Shown here: piece after piece, positions 39,920 through 50,576 of the stretch | Layout of the letters: each line of letters begins with the position of its first letter | Numbering within the stretch: position 1 is the stretch's first letter | Source: Rozella allomycis CSF55 | Taxonomy: Eukaryota | Assembly (NCBI GenBank): GCA_000442015.1 | Contig: KE561022.1 | Location: 1 to 64,000, forward strand | Length of the DNA stretch: 64,000 nt | Direction: 5' to 3' | Made by a program: the position numbers and the translations under genes | Notes under the pieces: generated by a model | The model's database searches: none | Told to the model about the DNA's origin: nothing | The model's input: the letters and a program-made list of their open reading frames with translations, nothing else

Positions 39920-40209
39920 AAAAGAAAATGAACCCTGGAAAGTTCTTTTAAGGAATTTTCTAGTTTCACAAAAATGTTGTCTTTTGAATAAATAGGCAAA
40001 GTTTCTACAAAATTTTAATCCATACATTTATTATAACATTTATTCCTTGTTGAAAACTATTGCTTATAATGTTCGTAACCTTCACATTAGAAAGTAATTT
40101 AAGCATCGGTAAAATACAAACTGAATGACTTTCAGCTTTGATTTCTTGCTATAAATAGTTATTAAATACAGTATACCAACTTAGCCACGTTTTAAGTAGT
40201 GGCTTAGAA

Positions 40210-41466
40210 ATGACGATGTCATTAAAGCGGTTTTATGAATTCGCTCGACCACGTTTCCAGAATTTCAAAATTCAATTTATGCGTTATCAACTGGCACGGT
40301 TCTCTCTAGCGACCTTTACTGCATCTACGTTGTTCGGCTTTCATTCACCATGGGATAGTTTCGTGGATGCAGAAAAGACTGTACCTTCTGAACCTCAGGG
40401 CGACATTAATATATGTCCCAAAGAAATGTCGTCTTTTTTCTCTAACCCCATGGTAAGGAATATATTATCTTTTTGTTAGTGCAAACTGAATTCCAGTGTT
40501 TACGATGAACATCAAGAATCCAAATTTAGATTGGTTTTTTCTATTGGTTGTAAGGGGAAAAAAGAAAAGAATGTCAATGAAAAGCCGATCCAGTCATGTG
40601 GTAACTGTGGGGAAGATGCTTACTTTTTCACGAACAAGGAGTCATTTATTTCTTTAGGTGTTGCTGACGGTGTTGGAGGTTGGGTGAATCAAGGAGTAGA
40701 CCCGTCTGCTTTATCAAAAAAAGTTATGGAAGGTGCGAAGAATGCGTTAAATAAAGAGTATGTTAGCCCTAAAGAGGCTTTGTCCATATCCTTTAAAGAA
40801 GCAGAAAAATCAAGAGATACAAATCCAGGAGGCACCACTGCTTGCATTATAAGCTTGGATAAGAAGAAAGGGTTATTATCAGCAGCGAATTTAGGAGACT
40901 CTGGGTTTCTAATCATAAGAGACGGTACTGTCATTTTTAAGTCAAAAGAACAACAACATTTTTTCAACGCTCCGTATCAATTTTCTATCTACCCTAGTAA
41001 TATGAGGGTTACTCCAGGTTCTATACTTAATACAGCAGATGACGCCGCCGTTATGGATGGAGAGCTTCAACACGGTGACATCATTATACTCGCATCCGAT
41101 GGGCTTTTTGACAACATGTTTCAAGATGAAATAGTTAGTTATTCTAATTCAATTTTAGAAAGAATCTATGCAAGGTTTCCGGATTACAAAGACACTTTAA
41201 AGGAAATGTATCAATCTCAAGAAAAGATAATACCACAAATGAATCCTTCAATTTTAGACTTTGTTCAAGAAACGATGCACGACTTTGCTAAGGGACTAAC
41301 AGAAGAGTCCGCAAAGCTTTCGTTTAATATGTATAGAAAAAGTCCGTTTGCTGTGAACGCAAGACGGATTGGATATGATTTCATGGGTGGAAAAGTTGAT
41401 GACATAACAATACTTGTGGGCTACGTTGTTGGCGAAGATTTGACTTTAAATAAATCTAGACTTTAA
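40210..41466 (+). CDS. PTC7: PP2C phosphatase Ptc7-like
   Basis: GEDAYF, GVADGVGGW, ANLGDSG, QQHFFNAPYQ, SDGLFDN, GGKVDDITI. Confidence 0.92.
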
Positions 41467-41946
41467 TTTTTCATTAATTGTTAGGCAAAATAAACCAAAA
41501 AATNGCTAATTAAAAAAAATCATTATCTTTATATTTTTGAAAAGAGGCGGGTCTACGTCCTAAAATATATTGATTATTGAATATTTTTCTAGTATAAGTA
41601 TTCTACACTGAGAGGAATTTTGTCTTAATTTTTCTTTCGAACTTGTGCGCTTTCTTGTTATTTTCAACATTGCTCGATTCCGCAATTTAATTCCTAGTTG
41701 AGCTGGTTTGAGTATTCAAATCTAATAGACCCGAATCCTCAAGCTCTTAAGTCTTGTTACTGGGCCAAGTCATGATTTTCTGTTTGAATGTAGCTAGCAA
41801 TTTAGCATTAGCTTATTTTAAAACAATGGGACACCAGATATAACATAAAATTTATATTTTTTATATTTATAGTTTATTTTATCACATTGGCCATTGCAAA
41901 ATAGAATTTTGCTTAAACTTCCCTACTTGTGTTAAACAGCAAACTT

Positions 41947-42207
41947 TTAACAATTCCTAAATTCTACATTATCTTCACCAAAAAACTGAGTCGCCGAATG
42001 CTCTTGGCCTAAATCTACTCTAGGATCTCCGAGCAAAAGTTTGACAACATCTGCATGGCCTTCTTCTGAAGCACGCCGAATACAATAATCGCCTTGTGCA
42101 CTTGGATCAACTCTAGGATCTCCAAGCAAAAGTTTGACAACATCTGCATGGCCTTTTTCTGAAGCACGGCGAATGGAGAAATTGTCGTATGCACTTGGAT
42201 CAACTCT
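41947..42207 (-). CDS. Ankyrin-repeat gene 3' fragment (bounded by N 42208)
   Basis: Two DPRVDPSA...IRRASEEGHADVVKLLL units. Confidence 0.75.
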   Translation of the reverse strand, partial: RVDPSAYDNFSIRRASEKGHADVVKLLLGDPRVDPSAQGDYCIRRASEEGHADVVKLLLGDPRVDLGQEHSATQFFGEDNVEFRNC

Positions 42208-42334
42208 NAACACATGAATTTTGTGCTGGTTTTTATATTTATGAATTAACGGAGTCACAGGCGTGTAAGTGTTAAGGCAAGCTGTATACAGTATATCGAC
42301 GTCGAGGGTCGAGGGCAATGTATAATGAAAATTC

Positions 42335-43567
42335 ATGAATAGGTATTTTTTGAGTAACGTGCCTTTTGTTGGTATTCTAGGTCCTTCACAATTTAACTTT
42401 CCTTTATCGATAGAGGAGAAACTGGAGTCTGATTTTATGACCTGTATAAAGTTTCATTCCTTAGGCCACTCGCTAGCTGCCGGATGTGCAAATGGAGATA
42501 TTTTAATTTGGGATTTGGACACCAAGAATATTGTACGAAAACTGAAAGCGCACAAGGCTGGCGTTACATGCATAGATTGGTTCAAAGATACAAAGTATAT
42601 GATCTCATCCTGTAGGAATGGTCAGGTGTACTTGTGGGATGTCGTTAGTCAACAAGCACAATTAGTATTTGAAGAATCAGGGAAGGTACTGGTAGCAGCT
42701 CGATTTCATCCACATGACAAAAATACGTGTTTGGTTATACCAATGAATTCTTCACCTTTAATCATAAAGAATGGTATTTCAAAAGAGATTATTCGTGTAT
42801 TTGACGCTGAATTTTCCGACGCATCATTTATGAATGATGGCGCTATGTTGGTTTACGGCGATTCTAGCGGAAAGCTTTTGCTTCTTGACATCGAAAACGA
42901 CAAATTGATCTGTGAAGCCGAAAACTTTGCTTCTCCTATATATCAAATAGTGGTGAAACAAAAGTATTGTTTATTTGCATGTAAAAATAGGAATGTGATC
43001 GTGAATTATGCGGACCGTTCTGTTCGTATGTACACGATAGATTTCGTATCTGGGACAATCAACCTTATACATAAGTTGCAAGATTTGGTAGATCGCCCTC
43101 TGTGGAGCAGAATAGCATTCAGCGGCGATGAAGAATACATATTGGGCGGAACAAATAACAAATCTATACACAACATATATGTTTGGTCAAAGCATTCCGG
43201 AACACTTTTCAAAATGCTTGAAGGTCCGAGAGAGGGTTTGATAGACCTCAATTTTCACCCATACCGACCAATAATAGCGTCATTATCAGCCTACGGTGTA
43301 ATTTTTCTGTGGAAAGGGAGCATTGATGAAAACTGGTCTGCATATGCTTCTAATTTTCAAGAATTGCAGGATAACGAAGAATATGAAGAAAGGGAAGATG
43401 AATTCGATATAGTACATTAATAGCATACCGTTTTTAAGGTTTCTAATGGCGATGAAAACGAGGTCTCAATGAGCAAAGATGATGAGTGGGTTGATTGTTT
43501 TTCTTTTGAAGATAGTACGGAAAAGTTGCTTTACATACCAATTTATGAATTTGATCCCTTAATTTAG
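42335..43567 (+). CDS. RBBP5: COMPASS subunit Swd1/RBBP5
   Basis: WD40 repeats, LEGPREGL, FHPYRPII, ENWSAYASNFQELQDNEEYEEREDEFDI. Confidence 0.93.
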
Positions 43568-43690
43568 AATAAACTTGCCAAAATTTTTAAATGTATATTT
43601 TTGAACAAGTTTTTTTCAATAACAGCCAGCTACCTATCGCTGACGGATTCAATACAAAAGATACTTCATTGCGGTTGCGCCACATTTCGT

Positions 43691-45034
43691 ATGCCGACAA
43701 TTGTAGTGCAGGACAAAGCTGTTATAAAATCTGCTGTAAGTCCCAATTTTCAGGTATCGAAAGTATACATAAAAATTAACGTAAGATATTTACAGCTACC
43801 ATAGTCAAACTTTACCACTCTAAGGGGAAATCCTGGCTTTATCAAGATATACTAGGTGCTGTTGTTATTGCTCGGGATATAAAATCCAACATACCTTTCT
43901 TTAAAATAGTGGATTTGAAGGTTCGCGCAATTATATTAATGTAAAAGACAAATAAGGTCGTATGGGAACATGAAATATATCCGGAAATTGATTACGTTCA
44001 AGATAGGCCATATTTTCATTCATTCTCTGGAGACGTAAGCATATCATCGACTGTTTTTCAGGAATTCATGATAGGTTTCTTGTTTGCAGAAGAAGTTGAG
44101 GCGATTCAATTTTATCATATTTTCAAAAAGAAAGTTGACCCAATAATAAAACCTTCAACCGCACCCATCTCGGCTGCTCATTCCCAATCAACTCCGAATT
44201 TAGCCTATGCATCGCCCTCACCTAAAATAGAGAAAAAAAGTATCTTTAGTGGATTTAGAAAAGAAAAGAAGAAGAAAATATCAAAGGCAGATATCTCAGG
44301 TCCAACAGACTTTAGACACGTTGGCCATGTTGGATTCGACCCGGTTAATGGATTCAACATACAAAACATTCCTGCAGAATGGAAAAAGGTGTTCGAAAAG
44401 GCTGGAGTTACAAAAGTAAATACTACAACTTTTCTCGATAGGAACAATTGGAGGACGAACAAACGGCTCAATTCATATTTGACTTCGTTCAGAAAAAAGG
44501 TGGTATTAAAGCTGCAAAAACAGAAGTCCAAGTCAATAGCTCTACTGAAGAGTTGCAAAAGTCCAGGGAACCTCCAGCGGTGCCAAGTAACTCTAAATTT
44601 CTCTTTCAACAGGCCGAAGAGCACCACCACCTGTTCCGCCTAGCAGAAGAAGAAATAATGATATGCCACAGGTTGATCAGAGACCTCAAACAAATTTTGT
44701 TCCACCACCACCGCCTATGCCAAACAATTCCTTGGTTCCTCCAGCTCCTCCAGTAATTCCAATGGCATCAAAGGAAGAAATCGCACCATCACCACCTAAG
44801 CCCAAGTCCAACAATGTTCCAGTTATTCCTGACGCGAGAGCTGAACTTTTAAATAGCATTCGAAGTGCTGGATTGAATTCTTTGAAAAAGGCTCAACCAG
44901 TCGAATCCCCTCCGCCATCAACAGACGATGAAGATTTGATGGCGAGTTTGCTAGCTAAAGCTTTAGCAAATAGAAATAGGCATATGGCCCATTCGGACTC
45001 TGAAGACGAATCAGATGAAGACAGTGAATGGTGA
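43691..45034 (+). CDS. WASP: WASP (WH1-basic-CRIB-proline-WH2-acidic)
   Basis: FHSFSGD, ISGPTDFRHVGHVGFD (CRIB), polyproline, RAELLNSIR...LKK, acidic DEDSEW terminus. Confidence 0.93.
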
Positions 45035-45145
45035 TTACTGAGTAAATATTTTTTTCAATTTCCCTAATGGACTTTCTATTTTAAACAAAAAATGCAATTT
45101 ATATTAATTAATACACAAAGAGAATTAAAAACATTTTAACAAAAT

Positions 45146-45583
45146 TTATACACCCATTCTCTTATTTCGTGATGAATAATCTTTCCTTGAGACAACCAAA
45201 CCCTTTCCTTTAATAGCCCCTCTATAAACTAATTCTATCAAGTCTATCATTTCTTGTTTATTATCTAAAGCCCAGTTAATCTTATTGTTATTCCCTGTGC
45301 CCAGATCAACCATGACATGTTTATTCCTAAAAAAGAACATTACAGTGCACGGGTCATACAGCTCATACATCTTATTAAAATCAGGAACTTCGGTAATGTC
45401 TACCAAATACACCACAGCGAAATTCTTGACCTTGTCTGCAATCGAATACAATACTTCGTCCATTATCATACACTCGGGGTCCCAGTCATGTCCGAATCGG
45501 ATAACAACAACGCGATCTTCTTCAGATAATATAGCCTGATCAACTTGCCAGCCGTTAGTCAAATGTGGAAGAAAGAAAGCCAT
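45146..45583 (-). CDS. DIB1: U5 snRNP Dim1/Dib1 (TXNL4A)
   Basis: WQVDQAILSEEDRVVVIRFGHDWD...GTGNNNKINW. Confidence 0.97.
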   Translation of the reverse strand: MAFFLPHLTNGWQVDQAILSEEDRVVVIRFGHDWDPECMIMDEVLYSIADKVKNFAVVYLVDITEVPDFNKMYELYDPCTVMFFFRNKHVMVDLGTGNNNKINWALDNKQEMIDLIELVYRGAIKGKGLVVSRKDYSSRNKRMGV

Positions 45584-45622
45584 AATCCTTTCCAGTGGCT
45601 CAGTCGTTGTTGAGCATTCAAA

Positions 45623-46053
45623 ATGGCCATGTCACAGCGCTCGCGAGTAATATTATAATTTTAAAACAATAGGGGCGATTACCTCCAGACGCCAACAGAA
45701 TTCTTTTTGTCAGGTACCATTTTTCTCATGTTTCAAGTAGAAATTTGCCTTTTAAAATATCCGCAGAAGAAACTTACGACCTTTTTGGCAAATATGGTGC
45801 TATTAGACAAATTCGTGTGGGAACAGACAAGGAAACTAGGGGAACGGCCTTTGTAGTTTACGAGGACATATACGATGCCAAAAATGCGTGTGATCATTTA
45901 TCAGGATTTAATGTTTTGGGAAGATATCTTATAGTTTTATACTTTAACCCCAATAAGATGTCCAAGAAGATGTCAGCGGAAAAGAAAAAAGAGGAATTGG
46001 AGGCATTGAAACAGAAATTTGGACTTGGAACGGTTGGAAATGTTGCACAATAA
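45623..46053 (+). CDS. SF3B6: SF3b p14 branch-site protein
   Basis: [19 protein letters not shown]...[12 protein letters not shown]...[10 protein letters not shown]. Confidence 0.95.
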
Positions 46054-46152
46054 ATATTAACCTTGTAATGGCTTAAAGTGGACATGACTTTTTATTGTTG
46101 AAAGATCTAGGTTAGATTACCAATTCTTTTCAGCACCCTGGCTTCCTTCCCA

Positions 46153-47052
46153 ATGTGGATTTTTTTGCATATTCTGGTGTTACTAGTAGCAAGCAGTTTT
46201 CAGGTGTATATACCTCCGCATGTCGAATACCAGATAAAATCAGTGGAGAGTTTTGAGACGATCCAGAGAAATCTACTAGACGAGATCCTGTCATACATGG
46301 ATGGCAACCTTGTTTTACAATCTGTATACTCTGATTCCCCCTTTACCAACACGTACAAGGCATCTTTGAAGAAACTTTTCCGTTGCTTGCGCGGATCTCC
46401 ATATGATTATGTGTCAAGCGACCGGCGATACCACTTTATCGTGCCTGTTGAAAAATTCAAGCAAGATTGTCTCGAATCTGAATTTGCGACTGAATTTGAA
46501 TTGAATTCTTTATCACAAGTTTTAGATTTTGTCAAGATGTCTGTTGAAATCAAATCGTCTGACCCGAGTGAATTTTTTGACACTGAGATTTTCAAGGTGT
46601 TGGGGAAGCGCTTGAAATTGTATCTTTCGTTTAAAACTGATGTGTTTAAATTAAATGAGCTAAATTTTGAAAGTGTTCAAGTGGACATCAACTCTTCGAG
46701 GAAAATGCTACTAATAACGCCACTTTGCTTACTTGCGAAACATTCATCGACAAGCTTAAAGTACATTGAGTTAGGATCCAAGAAGCCGGAATCGTATCCA
46801 CAATTAATGAAAGCGAAAAAATATATTATCAAAGGCGCGGATCGATATTTGCATTACTTGTGTATATTCAGTGTGAGAGACTTTTTGATCCAGTCGTTTC
46901 CCGACTTGAAGTCATTCTCTTTTTCTAATGCAAGTTTAATGAGCCACGTTGACAACTTGCAGCTATTTTTGAATCGGCATCGGAGAAGTTTAAGGGCACT
47001 TGATTTGAGCTATTCTGATTTTGGCGATGATGGGTTAATAAAAATCAGCAGT
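46153..47052 (+). CDS. Secreted LRR protein, 3' truncated at N 47053
   Basis: Signal peptide MWIFLHILVLLVASS and RNI-like LRR LRALDLSYSDFGDDG. Intronless. Confidence 0.65.
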
Positions 47053-47053
47053 N

Positions 47054-48725
47054 AGCCCTTTTCGGAGGCCTCTCGAATACAATAATTGTCAAGTTCACAT
47101 GGATCAACTTTTGGATCTCGAAGCAAAATTTTCACAATATCTGCGTATCCATTAAGGGAAGCCGACAGAATGTTACACGCACTAGGATCAACTCTAGGAT
47201 CGTCGAGTAAAATTTTGACGACCTCTGAATAACCACGACATGAAGCAGCTCGAATGCAATAATTTTTTTCAACAGTTGGATCTACTCTAGGATCTTGTAA
47301 TAAAATTTTGACAATTTCTGCATAACCTCCATCGGAAGCCATTTTAATGCAATAATTTTTTTTAGTAGTTGGATCCACTCTAGAATCTTGTTGTAAAATT
47401 TTGACAACTTCTGCATGACCGTACTCAGACGCAATTCGAATACAAGCATTTTTTCTCACAGTTGGATCCACTCTAGAATCTTGTAGTAAAATCTTGACAA
47501 CTTCTGCATAGCCTCGTTCGGAAGCCATTCGAATACAATTATTACCAAGCGCACTCGGATCTACTCTGGAATCTTGAAGTAATAGCTCCACAACATCTGT
47601 ATGACCTTTCTTTGAAGCCGCTCGAATGGGATAGTTGTTAAATATACATGGATCTACTCTAGAATTCTTAAGCAAAAGTTTGACCAATTCTGTATGACCG
47701 TTCTCGCAGGCCCTTCGAATAGCACGATTTTGTTTCACACTTGGATCAACTCTAGAATCTTTCAGTAAAATTTTGACGACTTCTACATAGGAATTTTCGA
47801 TAGAATATCGGATAGCATAATCTGAAGCACGGCGAATGGAGAAATTGTCGTATGCACTTGGATCAACTCTAGGATCTTGAAGTAAAAGTTTGACAACATC
47901 TACATTGCCATTTTCGGAGGCCTCTCGAATACAATAATTGCCAAATATACTTGGATCAACTCTAGGATCTTGAAGTAAAAGTTTCACAACATCTGCGTAA
48001 CCAAAGGACGAAGCATTTTTAATAGAATAATTTAAATTTGCACTTGGATCAACTCTAGGATCTTGAAGCAAAAATTTCACAACATCTGCATGGCCATGAT
48101 AGGAAGCAGAACAGATAGCGATATTTCCCCACACACTAAGATCAACTTTACGATCTTCTATTAGTATCTTAAGAACACATGTATCACCATTTTCAGAAGC
48201 CATCCTGATGGCCGAATCAATAGCACTACTATCAATCACTGACGTTGTTAAAAGATACTCAAGCATCTCTTTGTTCCTATTTCTGGATAATTTATTCCCA
48301 TAGTTTTTGTCTTCTGACGGATCGGATTGAATACCTTCCTTAACACTGCTGAAACTACTTGCCCCATCCTGGATTTCATAAGTAAGATTATAACGGCATA
48401 CAAACTTGAATGCATAGTTTACACATTTTTGAGAAGCGTCTCTTTGTTTCATGAAATTCAGAAAGCAAGCGAACTCTTCCCGGCTACCCCTGTTTTGGGG
48501 GATATAAGCACACAAATCTATGTTCAGCAATTTATCGCAAACATTCTTGATTAGAAATTGAATTACGTACGGACAATTCCACGAAAGGCTTATTTCAGCA
48601 GCTTGATGAAGAATTAAGTCGACACAAAGTGAACGGAATGATCGTGATGTTCGAGACATTTGTTTCACATCGTCTACACCTAACTTCGACAAAATAACAA
48701 GCCAAACTTCGTGAGGAACATCCAT
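47054..48725 (-). CDS. F-box + ankyrin-repeat protein, 3' truncated at N 47053
   Basis: F-box MDVPHEVWLVILSKLGVDDVKQMSRTSRSFRSLC, then about 11 repeats of 34 aa (D(P/S)RVDP...IR.AS..G..EVVK.LL). Confidence 0.88.
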
Positions 48726-48889
48726 TTTATAAAGTGGCTGAGACAACAATCATCGATTGATCGACTTTATTAGATGCACTGTCATCAACTTTTTCAACTC
48801 ATCAATTAATAGGCGAATCTCCAATTATACCATATCGCTGACATACAAACGGGGAGGCCGATCTAAAATTGGGAAAATTCTCACTTCAG

Positions 48890-50430
48890 ATGAGGCGATT
48901 CTTTTCATCAATTTCGAGTAACTACCCACATTACAGACCTAAAAACAAAATTTATAAATATTCTGAGCTTATTTCAAAATATCAAAATATTGCTCCAGGG
49001 ACAAAGGCTACTGATGATAATGTTACCGTTGTTGGTCGAATATCAAGTATTCGTGAAGTCTCCAAAAAGTTGACATTTATTGACCTTATCAGAGATGGCC
49101 AATCATTGCAAATAGTCTCAACGGCCAACGTTTGCCAAACTCATGAATTGGTGGGGAAATTCAACAGGGGCGATATTGTCCAAGCAGAGGGTTATGTAGG
49201 AAAGACAAAGACTGGTGAACTGAGTCTGTTTATAAAAGAAACTCAACGTCTTTCACTTTGTACTGAAAATCTGACGACCGCACATTTTGGAATAAAAGAT
49301 CCGGTAATCAATTCGGTACTTTTACAAAGGAAATCAGAAATAGGAAAAGATATGTGGACATGATTGTTTCCCCCAATACATTTCGCATATTTCAAAATAG
49401 ATTCAAAATGATTAAGATTATTAGAGATCATTTGAATTCAATGGACTTTCTGGAGGTAGAAACCCCAATAATATCATCTGAATTGGGTGGTGCCAATGCT
49501 AACCCTTTTGTTACTTATTTATCTGACCTGAATCAGGAGGCGTATTTAAGAGTAGCACCAGAACTATTCTTAAAAATGCTTGTCATTGGCGGCTTTGATA
49601 GAATATACGAGATTGGAAAACAATTTAGAAATGAAGACATAGGTACATGGCACCATCCTGAGTTTACTTCCTGTGAACTGTACATGACATATGCAACTGT
49701 AGATGATTTAATTCATCTCACTGAAGATTTGATTTACAAGATCGCTGAGGTGATTGTAGTTGAAAAAGATAGGGATTTTTACAAACCCCCATTCAAGAAA
49801 ATATCAATTGTACCCTTTCTCGAACAGAACATTGGATCCAATATTCCATTGCAATCAGGTATGTTATTTTAAGTTAAGTAATTTGATAATTTTCTGTTGT
49901 TTGCGGAAACACTTTACGAAAAAAATGGATGGGAGAAACCTCAAGTTAAAACTGCATCTAGATACTTTGATAATTTGATTAAGAGATTCATAGAACCGTT
50001 ATGTGAAAAGCCCACATTCCTAATTGGACACCCGCTATTTATGTCTCCTTTGGCAAAATGCATGCATGATAACGTAAGTTTTTCACATTGATAGCATTAG
50101 CAATATATAGCTGATAGATTTGAGCTATTTATTAAAGGAGTGGAAGTAGTTAATGCTTACCAAGAATTGAATGACCCTGAGGAGCAGCGAGCCAGATTTA
50201 AACATCAAATGATGGATAAAATGTTAGGTGATGTCGAGAGTTGCAGTGTCAATGAAAATTTTGTTGACGCGTTGCAATATGGATTGCCTCCGACGGCCGG
50301 ATGGGGAATGGGTATTGACAGAATGGCAATGTTAATGTCGGGTTTAAATTCTATTAAAGAAGTTTTAGCATTTCCTTTAATGAAAAGTGCGAAAAATAAA
50401 GATCTAAAAGTAAATAAACAAAGAGATTAG
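48890..50430 (+). CDS. MSK1: Mitochondrial lysyl-tRNA synthetase
   Basis: Presequence MRRFFSS, FLEVETP, YLRVAPELFLK, FRNE, HHPEFT, YGLPPTAGWGMGIDR. Confidence 0.92.
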
Positions 50431-50468
50431 CGGTACGGGCAAATTTTTACAATTTTCGCTCTCATCAA

Positions 50469-50541
50469 GGCTTTGTTGTCTAATGGTATGATTCTCGCTT
50501 GGGGGTGTGAGAGGTCCCGAGTTCGATTCTCGGCGGAGCCC
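50469..50541 (+). tRNA. tRNA-Pro-like gene with an expanded 8-nt anticodon loop (UUGGGGGU)
   Basis: Acceptor GGCTTTG/CGGAGCC-C, Pro-type D arm GTCTAATGGTATGAT, stem CTCGC/GTGAG, perfect T arm CCGAG-TTCGATT-CTCGG, followed by TTTT. Confidence 0.85.
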
Positions 50542-50576
50542 TTTTAAACAGTTTTTTTTGAAAGCATGAAATAACT

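Noticed and set aside
46153-48749. Overlap between the LRR ORF and the F-box/ankyrin ORF
   Set aside because: It is created by reading through N47053, which is a contig join.
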